NCBI GenBank assembly: GCA_029571215.1
Contig: JAKPTE010000014.1
Location: 28,082 to 92,081, forward strand
DNA from: Bacteroidota bacterium
GTDB lineage: Bacteria > Bacteroidota > Bacteroidia > Bacteroidales > JAAYUG01
DNA length: 64,000 nt
Direction of reading: 5' to 3'
Below the pieces are notes generated by a model. The model did not search any database. It had not been told where the DNA came from and saw nothing but the letters and a program-made list of their open reading frames with translations. A program made the translations under genes and the position numbers. This document shows positions 47,244 through 56,094 of the stretch, piece by piece. Numbering within the stretch: the first letter of the stretch is position 1; every line of letters starts with the position of its first letter.

Positions 47244-48119
47244 ATGGCTGCAAAAAAGAATGCGCTTGGTCGTGGTCTCGGTGCTCTGATTGATTCAGAA
47301 GAGGAAAAGGAACAAATTGTCAGGTCAGTGGCCGGGATTTCCGAAATTCCCGTAGAACAGATTGAAACGAATCCATTTCAGCCCCGTACCGGGATGGATG
47401 AAGAATCTCTTGCTGAACTGGCTTCTTCTGTAGCCAGGCTGGGTATTATTCAGCCCATAACCGTTCGGGAACTGGGTGAAAACAGATACCAGATTATCAC
47501 CGGTGAACGGCGCTGGAGGGCAGCAAAAATCGCCGGCCTCGAAACGATTCCGGCTTACGTCAGAAAAGCCGACGATCAGGGAATGCTCGAAATGGCCCTG
47601 GTTGAAAACATTCAGCGTGAAGACCTCAATGCTATTGAAGTTGCCATCAGTTACCAGCGGCTGATTGAGGAATGTAAACTCACTCAGGAAATGCTGAGCG
47701 AACGGGTCGGAAAAAACAGATCCACCATTTCAAACTATCTCCGTTTGCTGAAATTACCGGCCGAGATACAGCTTGGCCTCAGGGAAAACCGGCTTTCCAT
47801 GGGGCATGCCCGCGCACTGATAACTCTGGAAGATCAGGAAATTCTGATGAAAATCTACAACAAGATCATCCATGAGGATCTTTCTGTTCGCAAAACAGAG
47901 GCACTTATTAAAAAACTCACCGAAGCCAAACCTTCTGAAGAAACACCGGAAGAAGTTCCTGCTGCTTATCACGACCTGCAGGAACATTTGTCACGCTTCT
48001 TTGAAATTCCGGTTGAATTCAAACGGAGCAATAAAGGAAGCGGCCGGATCGTTCTTCACTTCCGTAATGACGAGGAACTTGAAAAAATTATTGCTGTCCT
48101 TGACCGCCTTAACCGTTAA
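47244..48119 (+). CDS. parB: Chromosome partitioning protein ParB (Spo0J)
   Basis: 291 aa with the ParB box GERRWRAAK and an HTH region (TQEMLSERVGKNRSTISNYLRLL). Confidence 0.93.
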   Translation: MAAKKNALGRGLGALIDSEEEKEQIVRSVAGISEIPVEQIETNPFQPRTGMDEESLAELASSVARLGIIQPITVRELGENRYQIITGERRWRAAKIAGLETIPAYVRKADDQGMLEMALVENIQREDLNAIEVAISYQRLIEECKLTQEMLSERVGKNRSTISNYLRLLKLPAEIQLGLRENRLSMGHARALITLEDQEILMKIYNKIIHEDLSVRKTEALIKKLTEAKPSEETPEEVPAAYHDLQEHLSRFFEIPVEFKRSNKGSGRIVLHFRNDEELEKIIAVLDRLNR

Positions 48120-48171
48120 AAACGGCAGCGACGGATTGCAAACTACCTTTTACCGGAAGAATTACGCATTC

Positions 48172-48744
48172 GTGAAGTCCATTCTCATTTTCATTTTTTT
48201 GCTGGTTTTTACCGGTAACTTTCTGGGTCTGACAGAATCCGTTCAGGCCCAGGATACAGTGCCGCGGATAACAACTGATTCGGTTCTGTACCGTCATTCT
48301 CCTCAACGGGCTATGATGCTGGCTGCTGCATTCCCCGGTCTTGGACAGATATATAATCGCAAGTACTGGAAAGCACCACTGGTTTATATTGGATTCGGAA
48401 CCCTTGCCTATTTTGTTGATTTTAACAATAAAAAATACCAGCATTTTAAAAAGGCCTACCTTTATAAAATTGACGGGGACCCTGCTACCGTTGACATATA
48501 CGAACAATATACCGAACAGTCGGTAAAAAATGCCATGGACACTTACCGAAGATGGCGTGATATGAATCTACTTGGGACGGCCGGTTTTTATGTCATACAG
48601 ATAATTGATGCAACGGTTGATGCTTACCTTTTTGAATACGATATCACTCCAGACCTGAGCATGCACATTGTTCCCGATTTCCGACAAATTGATTATCTTG
48701 CAGCCCGCAGTGCAGGTTTACGAATCGTGTTTAACTGGAAATAA
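48172..48744 (+). CDS. DUF5683-like membrane protein
   Basis: The track ORF (47872) overlaps parB for 248 nt. GTG 48172 gives VKSILIFIFLLVFTGNFLGLTESVQAQ, a signal-like N-terminus; ATG 48067 is the alternative. The core is AAAFPGLGQIYNRKYWKAPLVYIGFG. The stop overlaps the next start as TAATG. Confidence 0.6.
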   Translation: MKSILIFIFLLVFTGNFLGLTESVQAQDTVPRITTDSVLYRHSPQRAMMLAAAFPGLGQIYNRKYWKAPLVYIGFGTLAYFVDFNNKKYQHFKKAYLYKIDGDPATVDIYEQYTEQSVKNAMDTYRRWRDMNLLGTAGFYVIQIIDATVDAYLFEYDITPDLSMHIVPDFRQIDYLAARSAGLRIVFNWK

Positions 48745-50261
48745 TGAAAAAAAGAGGTCTTTTGTTTGTTTTTGCAGTTTTGTTTCCCTGGCTGGCATTC
48801 GCCGGTGTACCAGGACGTGATACGGCCGACGTTGACGTCCCTGATTCGGTTCTCAATCTGGATGCTAACCTCGACAGTATGCTGAACCTTTGGTATGCAG
48901 GGCATTATCAGTCAATAGAAAACCTGAGTGAAATTGATACGACTGTTGTTGATTCCCTCATCTCTTTCGTTCCCGATTCAGTCATCATCAGTCGCCTGGA
49001 ACATATTCCTTCTGTGGTTCCGCTGGCCTACAATCATATTGTACGCCGCTACATTGAGATGTACAGCCACAAACGGAAAGATCTTATGGCAGTTATGCTG
49101 GGACTGTCAGAATATTATTTCCCGTTATTCGAGCAGATACTCGATTATCACCAGCTGCCAACCGAGCTGAAATATATGACGGTTATCGAATCGGCACTAA
49201 ACCCGCGTGCCTACAGCAGGGCACGTGCAGTTGGTCTCTGGCAGTTCATGTACGGAACCGGAAAGAAATATGGTCTTACCATCAATTCTGTGGTTGATGA
49301 AAGGATGGACCCCTATAAATCAACCATTGCTGCCTGTCGTTTCATGTCGGATCTGTACAGCATTTTCAAAGACTGGACCCTGGTGATTGCAGCTTACAAT
49401 TGTGGGCCAGCGAATGTAAACAAAGCAATACGAAGGGCCGGAGGTAAGACGAATTACTGGGATATCTATTATTATCTTCCCCGCGAAACAAGGGGCTATG
49501 TGCCGGCATTTATTGCTGCCACTTACCTGATGAATTATGCCCGCGAACATAACATTACTCCGGTAAAACCCGACTTACCACTTCCTTTAGATACCATTAT
49601 GGTTACCAAGCCTCTGCACCTCGGGCAGGTGGCTGAAGTACTCAACATTCCCATTAAAGCAGTTCGCGACCTGAATCCACAGTATTTCCGCGACATTGTT
49701 CCTGCCTATGACAAACCCTTCCCTCTTACTCTGCCCATGTCCGATACCTATCGCTTTATTGATGTGGAAGATAGTATCTACACCTATAAAGATTCTGTTT
49801 TTTTTAATTCAAAGCTGGTTTATTACCCTGCTTCGAGAATAAAAGGTTATATTCCCGGACCTCCAGACAACAGCACCACCGTTTATTACAGAGTTCGTTC
49901 CGGAGATAACCTTGGTTCAATTGCCATGCGATACAATGTAAGGGTTAACGACCTGATGTACTGGAATGGGCTTCATAACAGCAGAATCCGTGCAGGGCAG
50001 CGGTTGGTTATTTATATGTCAAAGAAGAAAGCCAGTCATTATGCTTTCTCCGAGAAATCAACCCCCTCCCAGCAGACAATTGGTACGGCTATCACTGATG
50101 GAGGTTTTATCTTGTACACAGTACGACAGGGTGATACTTTGTGGGACATTGCCAAACTTTATCCGGGAGTTTCGACCGATGATATCCTTCAATGGAATAA
50201 CCTCAGCGATCCTTCCAAACTGAAACCGGGCCAGGTTATTAAGATTAAACCACGTGGATAA
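48744..50261 (+). CDS. Lytic transglycosylase (SLT domain, MltD-like) with two C-terminal LysM domains
   Basis: 505 aa with a signal peptide, the SLT catalytic motif VIESALNPRAYSRARAVGLWQFM, and LysM repeats (YRVRSGDNLGSIA... and YTVRQGDTLWDIA...). Confidence 0.88.
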   Translation: MKKRGLLFVFAVLFPWLAFAGVPGRDTADVDVPDSVLNLDANLDSMLNLWYAGHYQSIENLSEIDTTVVDSLISFVPDSVIISRLEHIPSVVPLAYNHIVRRYIEMYSHKRKDLMAVMLGLSEYYFPLFEQILDYHQLPTELKYMTVIESALNPRAYSRARAVGLWQFMYGTGKKYGLTINSVVDERMDPYKSTIAACRFMSDLYSIFKDWTLVIAAYNCGPANVNKAIRRAGGKTNYWDIYYYLPRETRGYVPAFIAATYLMNYAREHNITPVKPDLPLPLDTIMVTKPLHLGQVAEVLNIPIKAVRDLNPQYFRDIVPAYDKPFPLTLPMSDTYRFIDVEDSIYTYKDSVFFNSKLVYYPASRIKGYIPGPPDNSTTVYYRVRSGDNLGSIAMRYNVRVNDLMYWNGLHNSRIRAGQRLVIYMSKKKASHYAFSEKSTPSQQTIGTAITDGGFILYTVRQGDTLWDIAKLYPGVSTDDILQWNNLSDPSKLKPGQVIKIKPRG

Positions 50262-50263
50262 CC

Positions 50264-50992
50264 ATGAAAAGGCTCACGGTTCTCATTCCTGCATTCAACG
50301 AGGAGAATACGATCCGCGATATCCTTTCTGCCGTAACCGAAGCAGAATTACCTGAAATAGAAAAAGAAGTACTCATCATTGATGACGCCTCAACAGACAG
50401 AACCTTTGAACTGGCTGAGGTGTTTGCGGAATCAAATCCCCAGTATCGCATACGTGTAGTTCGACAGCCGCACAATATGGGGAAAGGCGCTGCTATTCAC
50501 CGTGGGATAAAGGAAGCATCGGGCGATTTTATTGTGGTGCAGGATGCAGACCTGGAATACGACCCGAGGGAATATAAAGATCTCCTCCGACCGATTCTTG
50601 AAGGATATGCCGATGTTGTCTATGGTTCACGTTTTATGGGGGCCAATCCACACAGGATTCTTTTCTTCTGGCATACCATAGGAAACAAATTCCTGACTTT
50701 CCTGTCGAACATGTTTACCAACCTCAATCTGACGGATATGGAAACATGCTATAAAATGTTCAGGGCTGAAATTTTAAAAAATCTTGACCTTCGTGAAAAA
50801 AGGTTTGGATTTGAACCGGAAGTCACTGCCCGGATTGCCAGAATCAAGGGCATCCGCATTTACGAGGTTGGCATTTCTTATTACGGAAGAACCTATGAAG
50901 AAGGAAAGAAAATCAAATGGAAAGACGGATTCCGGGCCATCTGGTGTATCCTGAAGTACAATCTTTTTATCAGAAATCCTTATAAACCATAG
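50264..50992 (+). CDS. Soluble GT2 glycosyltransferase (DPM1/Alg5-like, no TM segments)
   Basis: 242 aa with VLIPAFNEE, IDDASTD and QDADLEYDP. It starts 2 nt after the transglycosylase stop. Confidence 0.8.
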   Translation: MKRLTVLIPAFNEENTIRDILSAVTEAELPEIEKEVLIIDDASTDRTFELAEVFAESNPQYRIRVVRQPHNMGKGAAIHRGIKEASGDFIVVQDADLEYDPREYKDLLRPILEGYADVVYGSRFMGANPHRILFFWHTIGNKFLTFLSNMFTNLNLTDMETCYKMFRAEILKNLDLREKRFGFEPEVTARIARIKGIRIYEVGISYYGRTYEEGKKIKWKDGFRAIWCILKYNLFIRNPYKP

Positions 50993-51012
50993 AAATACTG
51001 AAGCTGTTACCA

Positions 51013-52365
51013 TCAAGGTTGTATCAATTTTCTCTTCTTGATACCCGCCGTACTTTTTTTCCAGAAGGTTCTTGCTGCTTCAAACACCCTTCCCAAACTT
51101 TCAGGAGGGATTTTCTCCGACAGCCAACGGGCAGGACGGGAAGAAAGGATGAAAAACAGGAGGGAAATAACCGCTTCCATTATCCATCGTGAAACAGGGA
51201 ATCGGCCCGACTGAAGCCCGTATTCAGGCACTTTACGACCCATCCATTTTCTGAATTGTATCCTGATAAAGGCACCTCTCTTTTTAAAATCATAACCATG
51301 TGAATGCATCCTGATGGCCTCTTCCGGCGAAAGAGGAATAAAGCTGATTTCATTCTTTTCAACCATTTCCCGGAAAATAGCGTCTCCCGGAACGCTTCGG
51401 GTAATGATGAGCGAGAATCCTTTCCCTCTTTCCTCGTAAGCAGGCGCCCAAGCATCTCCTCCCGACAGGTCAGTAAATTCGTTGGTAAAATCAATACAAT
51501 AAAGACTTGATTTACAAATATGAAAAGGTATCAGATAGTTGGCATGAAACTTTTTCAGTTGAATAACCTTTCCTGAATCGAGTTCAATCCGTGTGGCTCC
51601 GGGCCATTCACCCGAACGGAATTCAAGTTTCCTTATGCTCCGGTAGTCGGTTACACTATAGCTTTTTAGCAGGCTGACTATCGAAGAAAAATGAAGGATA
51701 TTTCCATAGAACGGCCCGACAACATATCGGACATTCCTGACAAACGGATGTTGTCTTTGCTGAAGAAGCCGGATCGACTGCACTTGTCCCGGCAGACCCG
51801 TGTAGGCGAGTTTCCCCTGAAATCGTGCTATTTGGGGAAGAATTTCATTTACTGAGCTGATAGTATATTTGCTCTGTGCTGCAGAAAGGATTTCCTCCGG
51901 AGTTGTGGCAATGAAAGGTTTATTCAGCCAGGGTTTTTCTTTCGACATACCCAGAACCACCACTCCGTCAACTTCCTTTTTCTCAAGCAAATAAATGAGC
52001 AAATGGCTTAAAATGCCGCCGCTGGATCCCGCACGCCGGATTTCCGGATGATTTGACCAGGCGATGCCAATCTGCCGGTATGTCCCCATGTAGGGATGAA
52101 AATGCCCTTCATCAGCAAATATATACCTGTTGAGCAGAGGAAAATCAACACCTTTTCCGGAACACACCTGATAAATGCGCTCAGCCAAATCTTCGTCCAA
52201 TGCGTGGTTTATAACCGGCAGATACTTCCCTTCCCTGTCGGCAAAAACAATCTGTCCCTCAGAGAGTCCTGCACAGCTACCGCAACGGTTACACAAGGCT
52301 GTATCGCGCATGATGCGCAAAAGCTTTTCACTGCTTTTCACAGACATAAAACTGTCGTATTCCAA
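51013..52365 (-). CDS. FrhB/FdhB-like Fe-S flavoprotein (annotated family name: coenzyme F420 hydrogenase/dehydrogenase beta subunit-like)
   Basis: 450 aa with an N-terminal CNRCGSCAGL cysteine cluster, RRAGSSGGILSHLL (SSGG flavin-site-like) and TGLPGQVQSIR (resembles the family GxPCQ motif with Cys to Gly). It has a C-terminal hydrophobic helix (WIMEAVISLLFFILSS). Start is ambiguous: 52365, 52347 or 52311. Confidence 0.6.
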   Translation of the reverse strand: MEYDSFMSVKSSEKLLRIMRDTALCNRCGSCAGLSEGQIVFADREGKYLPVINHALDEDLAERIYQVCSGKGVDFPLLNRYIFADEGHFHPYMGTYRQIGIAWSNHPEIRRAGSSGGILSHLLIYLLEKKEVDGVVVLGMSKEKPWLNKPFIATTPEEILSAAQSKYTISSVNEILPQIARFQGKLAYTGLPGQVQSIRLLQQRQHPFVRNVRYVVGPFYGNILHFSSIVSLLKSYSVTDYRSIRKLEFRSGEWPGATRIELDSGKVIQLKKFHANYLIPFHICKSSLYCIDFTNEFTDLSGGDAWAPAYEERGKGFSLIITRSVPGDAIFREMVEKNEISFIPLSPEEAIRMHSHGYDFKKRGAFIRIQFRKWMGRKVPEYGLQSGRFPVSRWIMEAVISLLFFILSSRPARWLSEKIPPESLGRVFEAARTFWKKSTAGIKKRKLIQP

Positions 52366-53059
52366 GTTCCGAAATAAAAGTTCCCTGGCTTTTGCGGATA
52401 ATCATTTCCCCTGCTTTTTGCAGCCAGACAGGACCTATGGGAATCAAAAGCGTTCCTTCGTGGTAAATAAGTTTCCACCCTGTAATTCTTAGCCATTTCT
52501 TCACCTTGCGGCTGGAAGGGAATCGGTGTGGACCTTCACCATGCCCTCCAAAGAGAAAAGAATATATGCGATAAGGAATTTCGCTCATGGCCGGGGGACA
52601 ACTGAGAACAAGCCGTGCATCCGAAGTGCCAACACGGTAAAGTTCCTGCAAAAACCTCACGGGATTTTCCACATGCTCAATCGTTTCCAGGCTGAGAATC
52701 CTTTCAAAGCTGCCATCATCAAAGGGTAGTTGGGAATAAGTTGCAATCTTAATCTGTCTTATCCCTGGATAAAGAAGAGAGGCAACCTGCATAAGTCCCT
52801 CCGAAATCTCGGCATGCAAAACACTCAGGTCATTGCAGGCATTCTTCAGGTAAGGTTCGGCTCCTCCGTCGCGGCTTGTAATATTGAGAAGCCTTTGACC
52901 CGGATGCAGATCAAGAAAAGAAACAGCTTTTATGAACCGCTGGGCATGCGCTTTTTCAACTTTCCTGTTTTCCGTCAGATATATCGAAGCAACCGAATCC
53001 CAATGAGCTTCAACATCTCCGTCGGTCCATGGATTCTGATATATTTCCTCCGGCTTCAT
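52328..53059 (-). CDS. Class I SAM-dependent methyltransferase
   Basis: 243 aa with Methyltransf_11-like motifs (LLNITSRDGG, FDDGSFERILSLETIEHVENP). Its start overlaps the upstream GT2 stop as ATGA. Confidence 0.75.
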   Translation of the reverse strand: MKPEEIYQNPWTDGDVEAHWDSVASIYLTENRKVEKAHAQRFIKAVSFLDLHPGQRLLNITSRDGGAEPYLKNACNDLSVLHAEISEGLMQVASLLYPGIRQIKIATYSQLPFDDGSFERILSLETIEHVENPVRFLQELYRVGTSDARLVLSCPPAMSEIPYRIYSFLFGGHGEGPHRFPSSRKVKKWLRITGWKLIYHEGTLLIPIGPVWLQKAGEMIIRKSQGTFISELGIRQFYVCEKQ

Positions 53060-53928
53060 AACAAAGGGTTTCTTCGGTTCAGCATGGCAATCTGGTCAGC
53101 CAGCAGACCAATAAAAAACATCATCACCCCCATCAGGGTAACCAATACTGCACTGTTGGAAAACCTTGAGAAGGAAATATAACCGTATATTCCGAAGCCC
53201 AAACCACACAGGATGAGGAGTATGCTTACCGGAGCAAAGATCTTCAATGGATTAAACAACATGATAATTCTAAGTATCAAAAGGATGGTTTTTGCACCAT
53301 CGCGAAAAAAACGCACGGTGCTCTTCCTTCCTTCCCTTATAAAAGATTGAATCGGCACTGTTCCGACGGAGTACCCTTCTTTAAGAAAAGCAAGGGTGGA
53401 GGTGGTTGAAAAAGAGAACCCATTGGGAAGAAGATGGAGGATTCCCAGCATGAGGGTGCGGTCAAAAATGCGAAAACCGGAGTTAAAATCGGGCAGTGGT
53501 TGTTCGACCAAATATTCTCCCACGATGCGAATAATTTTCTTTCCCAGGCTGCGGGTACGATCCTGGGGGGTATTCTTGTTCCTTTCTCCGATAACCATAT
53601 CGAAGGAATTCAAAGCATGGTAAAGAGCAGGTATGTCTTTCGGATGGTGCTGACCATCGCTGTCAAGAATCAGAATTTTCTTTCCGGTGGCTTTTCTGAT
53701 CCCTGTTTTCAAAGCAGCCCCATACCCTTTGTTTACTGAATGACGGAATACTTTCACGGGGAAAGCCGATGCCACAGAAAAAGTTTGATCGGTAGACCCG
53801 TCATCCACTACTATAATTTCATGGCACTGCACTGAACGGATAAGTTCTTCCAGAACCTTCGCTAAAGTTGCCTCTTCATTGTAGGCGGGAATAACAACCG
53901 ACAGGTCAGGCAGTAGGATATCAGCCAT
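53056..53928 (-). CDS. GT2 polyprenyl-phosphate glycosyltransferase (GtrB/DPM1-like, two C-terminal TM helices)
   Basis: 290 aa with VVIPAYNEE, VDDGSTD and LDSDGQHHP, plus C-terminal TM helices. Confidence 0.8.
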   Translation of the reverse strand: MADILLPDLSVVIPAYNEEATLAKVLEELIRSVQCHEIIVVDDGSTDQTFSVASAFPVKVFRHSVNKGYGAALKTGIRKATGKKILILDSDGQHHPKDIPALYHALNSFDMVIGERNKNTPQDRTRSLGKKIIRIVGEYLVEQPLPDFNSGFRIFDRTLMLGILHLLPNGFSFSTTSTLAFLKEGYSVGTVPIQSFIREGRKSTVRFFRDGAKTILLILRIIMLFNPLKIFAPVSILLILCGLGFGIYGYISFSRFSNSAVLVTLMGVMMFFIGLLADQIAMLNRRNPLL

Positions 53929-54009
53929 ATTTTGGTATCTTTTGATTTCCGGCTATACAAGTCAAAGTAAGTAAATTTTTTGTCCTATTCCTTTCCCCGA
54001 TTTTTTCAT

Positions 54010-54017
54010 TAGCTTTG
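54010..54017 (+). promoter_or_regulatory. -7 promoter box TAGCTTTG upstream of the 665-aa membrane protein gene
   Basis: Exact TAnnTTTG match, 25 nt upstream of ATG 54043. Confidence 0.3.
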
Positions 54018-54042
54018 GGATTCATCATAAAAACGTAAGATA

Positions 54043-56040
54043 ATGAAAAACAAAGATTTGTCCAGGCTTGAAATGGTACTTTTTATTATTTTATGCCTGG
54101 GCAACCTGATTCCATTATTGTTTATCCGTTGGTTTCCGTCGATGGACGGACCAGCCCATATTTATTCGGCCAATATAGTTAAGGAAATACTGAAAGGCAA
54201 TATGGACATCAGGGAATTTTTTTCACTCTCCCTTCTTGTTCCCAATCTGACAGGATCCCTTCTTCTTTCTTTGCTTCATTTTGTATTTCCTGCCTGGCTG
54301 GCCGAAAAAGTACTTATTGCGACCATAGTTATTCTTCTGCCCTTAAGCTTTCGCTACTTTGTTTACAGTTTCAGAAAAAAACCGACCTTACTTACACTCA
54401 CCATTTTTCCGTTCATATGGCACTTTCTTTTTATGATCGGATTTTATAATTATTCACTTGGGCTATCGATTGTGCTCTTTACTCTCGGCTATTACATCAG
54501 AACACGAGAAAAAGGCGCGATTAAAGACGTTGTTTTGCTGGGATGTCTGACCCTTCTTCTGGCCTTCACTCACATTTTCGCATTTGTGGTATTTGGTATC
54601 ATTTGGCTGGTTTTGTTACTGGGAGATCTGGCAGGGTTTCTTCGAAAAGACCGACGGGAAGGCCTGCTTTCTGAACTAATGCGCCGGTACGGAAGATATC
54701 TGATTGTGGTCTTACCAGGTGTTTTATTCGTAATTTCCTACCTGATAGGAATGAAAGAGGGCCAGGTCGGTGGAGGAACTAACCGTTACCTTTCTGCCGG
54801 GGAACATTTCCGATGGTTACTGATTACCCGGCCTCTGATTATATATTACCTGGAAAAAGAATCTTTTTATGGAATGATCATCGCGGCTATTCTGGCAATT
54901 TGGATCGTTGCTTCCTTTTTTTACCGATCAAAAAAAGACCGGGAAAAGAAAAACAAAACGATATTACGAAACTTTTTGCTGGGCGGCACCCTGTTAATTC
55001 TGTTTTTTTATTTCGTTCTTCCTGATTTTAAAGCCGGTGCAGGCGGGCATCTTTCACTCAGGTTACTGATTCCTTTTTATCTATTTCTGCTTGCCTGGCT
55101 AAGCACACGCAAATTGCCAGTCTGGTTACAAGCATCAGGGCTAACTGGTTTTCTGTTTTCGACTGTCATGCTTTGGAATGTTCACCTGCCGGAGTTGCGA
55201 AAAATGAGCCTTGAGGCAATATCCCTGGTTGAGGCAGGCAAAAAAATACCTGCCGGCATGGTAGTATTGCCTGTTAATGCAGGAAATAACTGGCTCCAGG
55301 AGCATTTTCTGAACTATACGGGAGCGGAAAATCCGTTGATCATTCTTGATAATACAGTTGCTTCCGGCGGGGGCATTATCCGGTGGGCAAACCCTCTTGC
55401 CAATCTGCCTGGGCGATTTGGAGGAAAGCTAATGTTCGAAGATACAGCACTTTTTTCTGATCCTTTTGTCAGAAATAGAGTGGATGCAATTATTGTCTGG
55501 AAGGTTGACCAGCGCGATCGCAACTGGCCCTCTTTTGCTATGCGAATGTTTGGTGAGTATTTTCCCTATGATACCATTTGCGGAGGGTATGGATGGCTCT
55601 ATGTTAATAAAAAATACAAGCCAAATGACAGTGTTTTGTTAAAATGGAAAACACCTGTTCCTCCCCGTTCTTCAGCTCTGTTTATTCTGGACCAGCCACG
55701 CACGGGAAATGATGAGTTCTTTGAACTGGCAAAAAAACCGTTGCTTCCCGGATACAAAAAGGAACTGGTCTGGTATCGTTTTGAAGTTTCCATACGCTCA
55801 GATTCACTGACACCTGCAGATTCTGTTTATCTGACATGCATGATAGAAAATAAAGGGAAAGTAATTGATTACGATGCGCTTGCATTTCAAACAGATACAA
55901 TGGCAAGGACCTATCGCATGGAATACCACCCTCCCTTAAAGACAAGTAAAGATGATATTTTAAAAATGTACCTGTGGAATCCGGCACATAAGAACCTGAG
56001 CATTTTGTCGGGCCGTGGAGTGATGTATACAGGCAAATAA
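54043..56040 (+). CDS. Large polytopic membrane protein, GT-C-like architecture (family unassigned)
   Basis: 665 aa with at least 10 hydrophobic segments in the first ~375 aa, then a ~290-aa hydrophilic C-terminal domain. MDGPAHIYSANIV follows TM1. It is divergent from the GT2-MTase-FrhB-like operon. Confidence 0.55.
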   Translation: MKNKDLSRLEMVLFIILCLGNLIPLLFIRWFPSMDGPAHIYSANIVKEILKGNMDIREFFSLSLLVPNLTGSLLLSLLHFVFPAWLAEKVLIATIVILLPLSFRYFVYSFRKKPTLLTLTIFPFIWHFLFMIGFYNYSLGLSIVLFTLGYYIRTREKGAIKDVVLLGCLTLLLAFTHIFAFVVFGIIWLVLLLGDLAGFLRKDRREGLLSELMRRYGRYLIVVLPGVLFVISYLIGMKEGQVGGGTNRYLSAGEHFRWLLITRPLIIYYLEKESFYGMIIAAILAIWIVASFFYRSKKDREKKNKTILRNFLLGGTLLILFFYFVLPDFKAGAGGHLSLRLLIPFYLFLLAWLSTRKLPVWLQASGLTGFLFSTVMLWNVHLPELRKMSLEAISLVEAGKKIPAGMVVLPVNAGNNWLQEHFLNYTGAENPLIILDNTVASGGGIIRWANPLANLPGRFGGKLMFEDTALFSDPFVRNRVDAIIVWKVDQRDRNWPSFAMRMFGEYFPYDTICGGYGWLYVNKKYKPNDSVLLKWKTPVPPRSSALFILDQPRTGNDEFFELAKKPLLPGYKKELVWYRFEVSIRSDSLTPADSVYLTCMIENKGKVIDYDALAFQTDTMARTYRMEYHPPLKTSKDDILKMYLWNPAHKNLSILSGRGVMYTGK

Positions 56041-56066
56041 GATTTTTTTCTGTTTCACAAACATGC

Positions 56067-56074
56067 TATTTTTG
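56067..56074 (+). promoter_or_regulatory. -7 promoter box TATTTTTG upstream of lepA
   Basis: Exact TAnnTTTG match, 20 nt upstream of the TTG start at 56095. It is immediately followed by the recurrent motif TGCCCTGAAAACTG. Confidence 0.4.
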
Positions 56075-56094
56075 TGCCCTGAAAACTGATCCCC

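Noticed and set aside
47872-48171. 5' extensions of track ORFs. This one runs 248 nt inside parB. Others are 8143-8220, 21285-21368, 35749-35817, 15966-16034, 41546-41566 and 21855-21875.
   Set aside because: Each extension overlaps the neighbouring gene or lacks the family N-terminus. An internal ATG or GTG gives the canonical N-terminus (for example [11 protein letters not shown] for AspRS and MPKLSLVIPVYNEE for the GT2), so the shorter starts were used.
51013-52365. Literal annotation as a coenzyme F420-reducing hydrogenase subunit
   Set aside because: There are no partner hydrogenase subunits. The context is glycosyltransferases and a methyltransferase, and the phylum is not known to make F420. 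Only the fold family is claimed.
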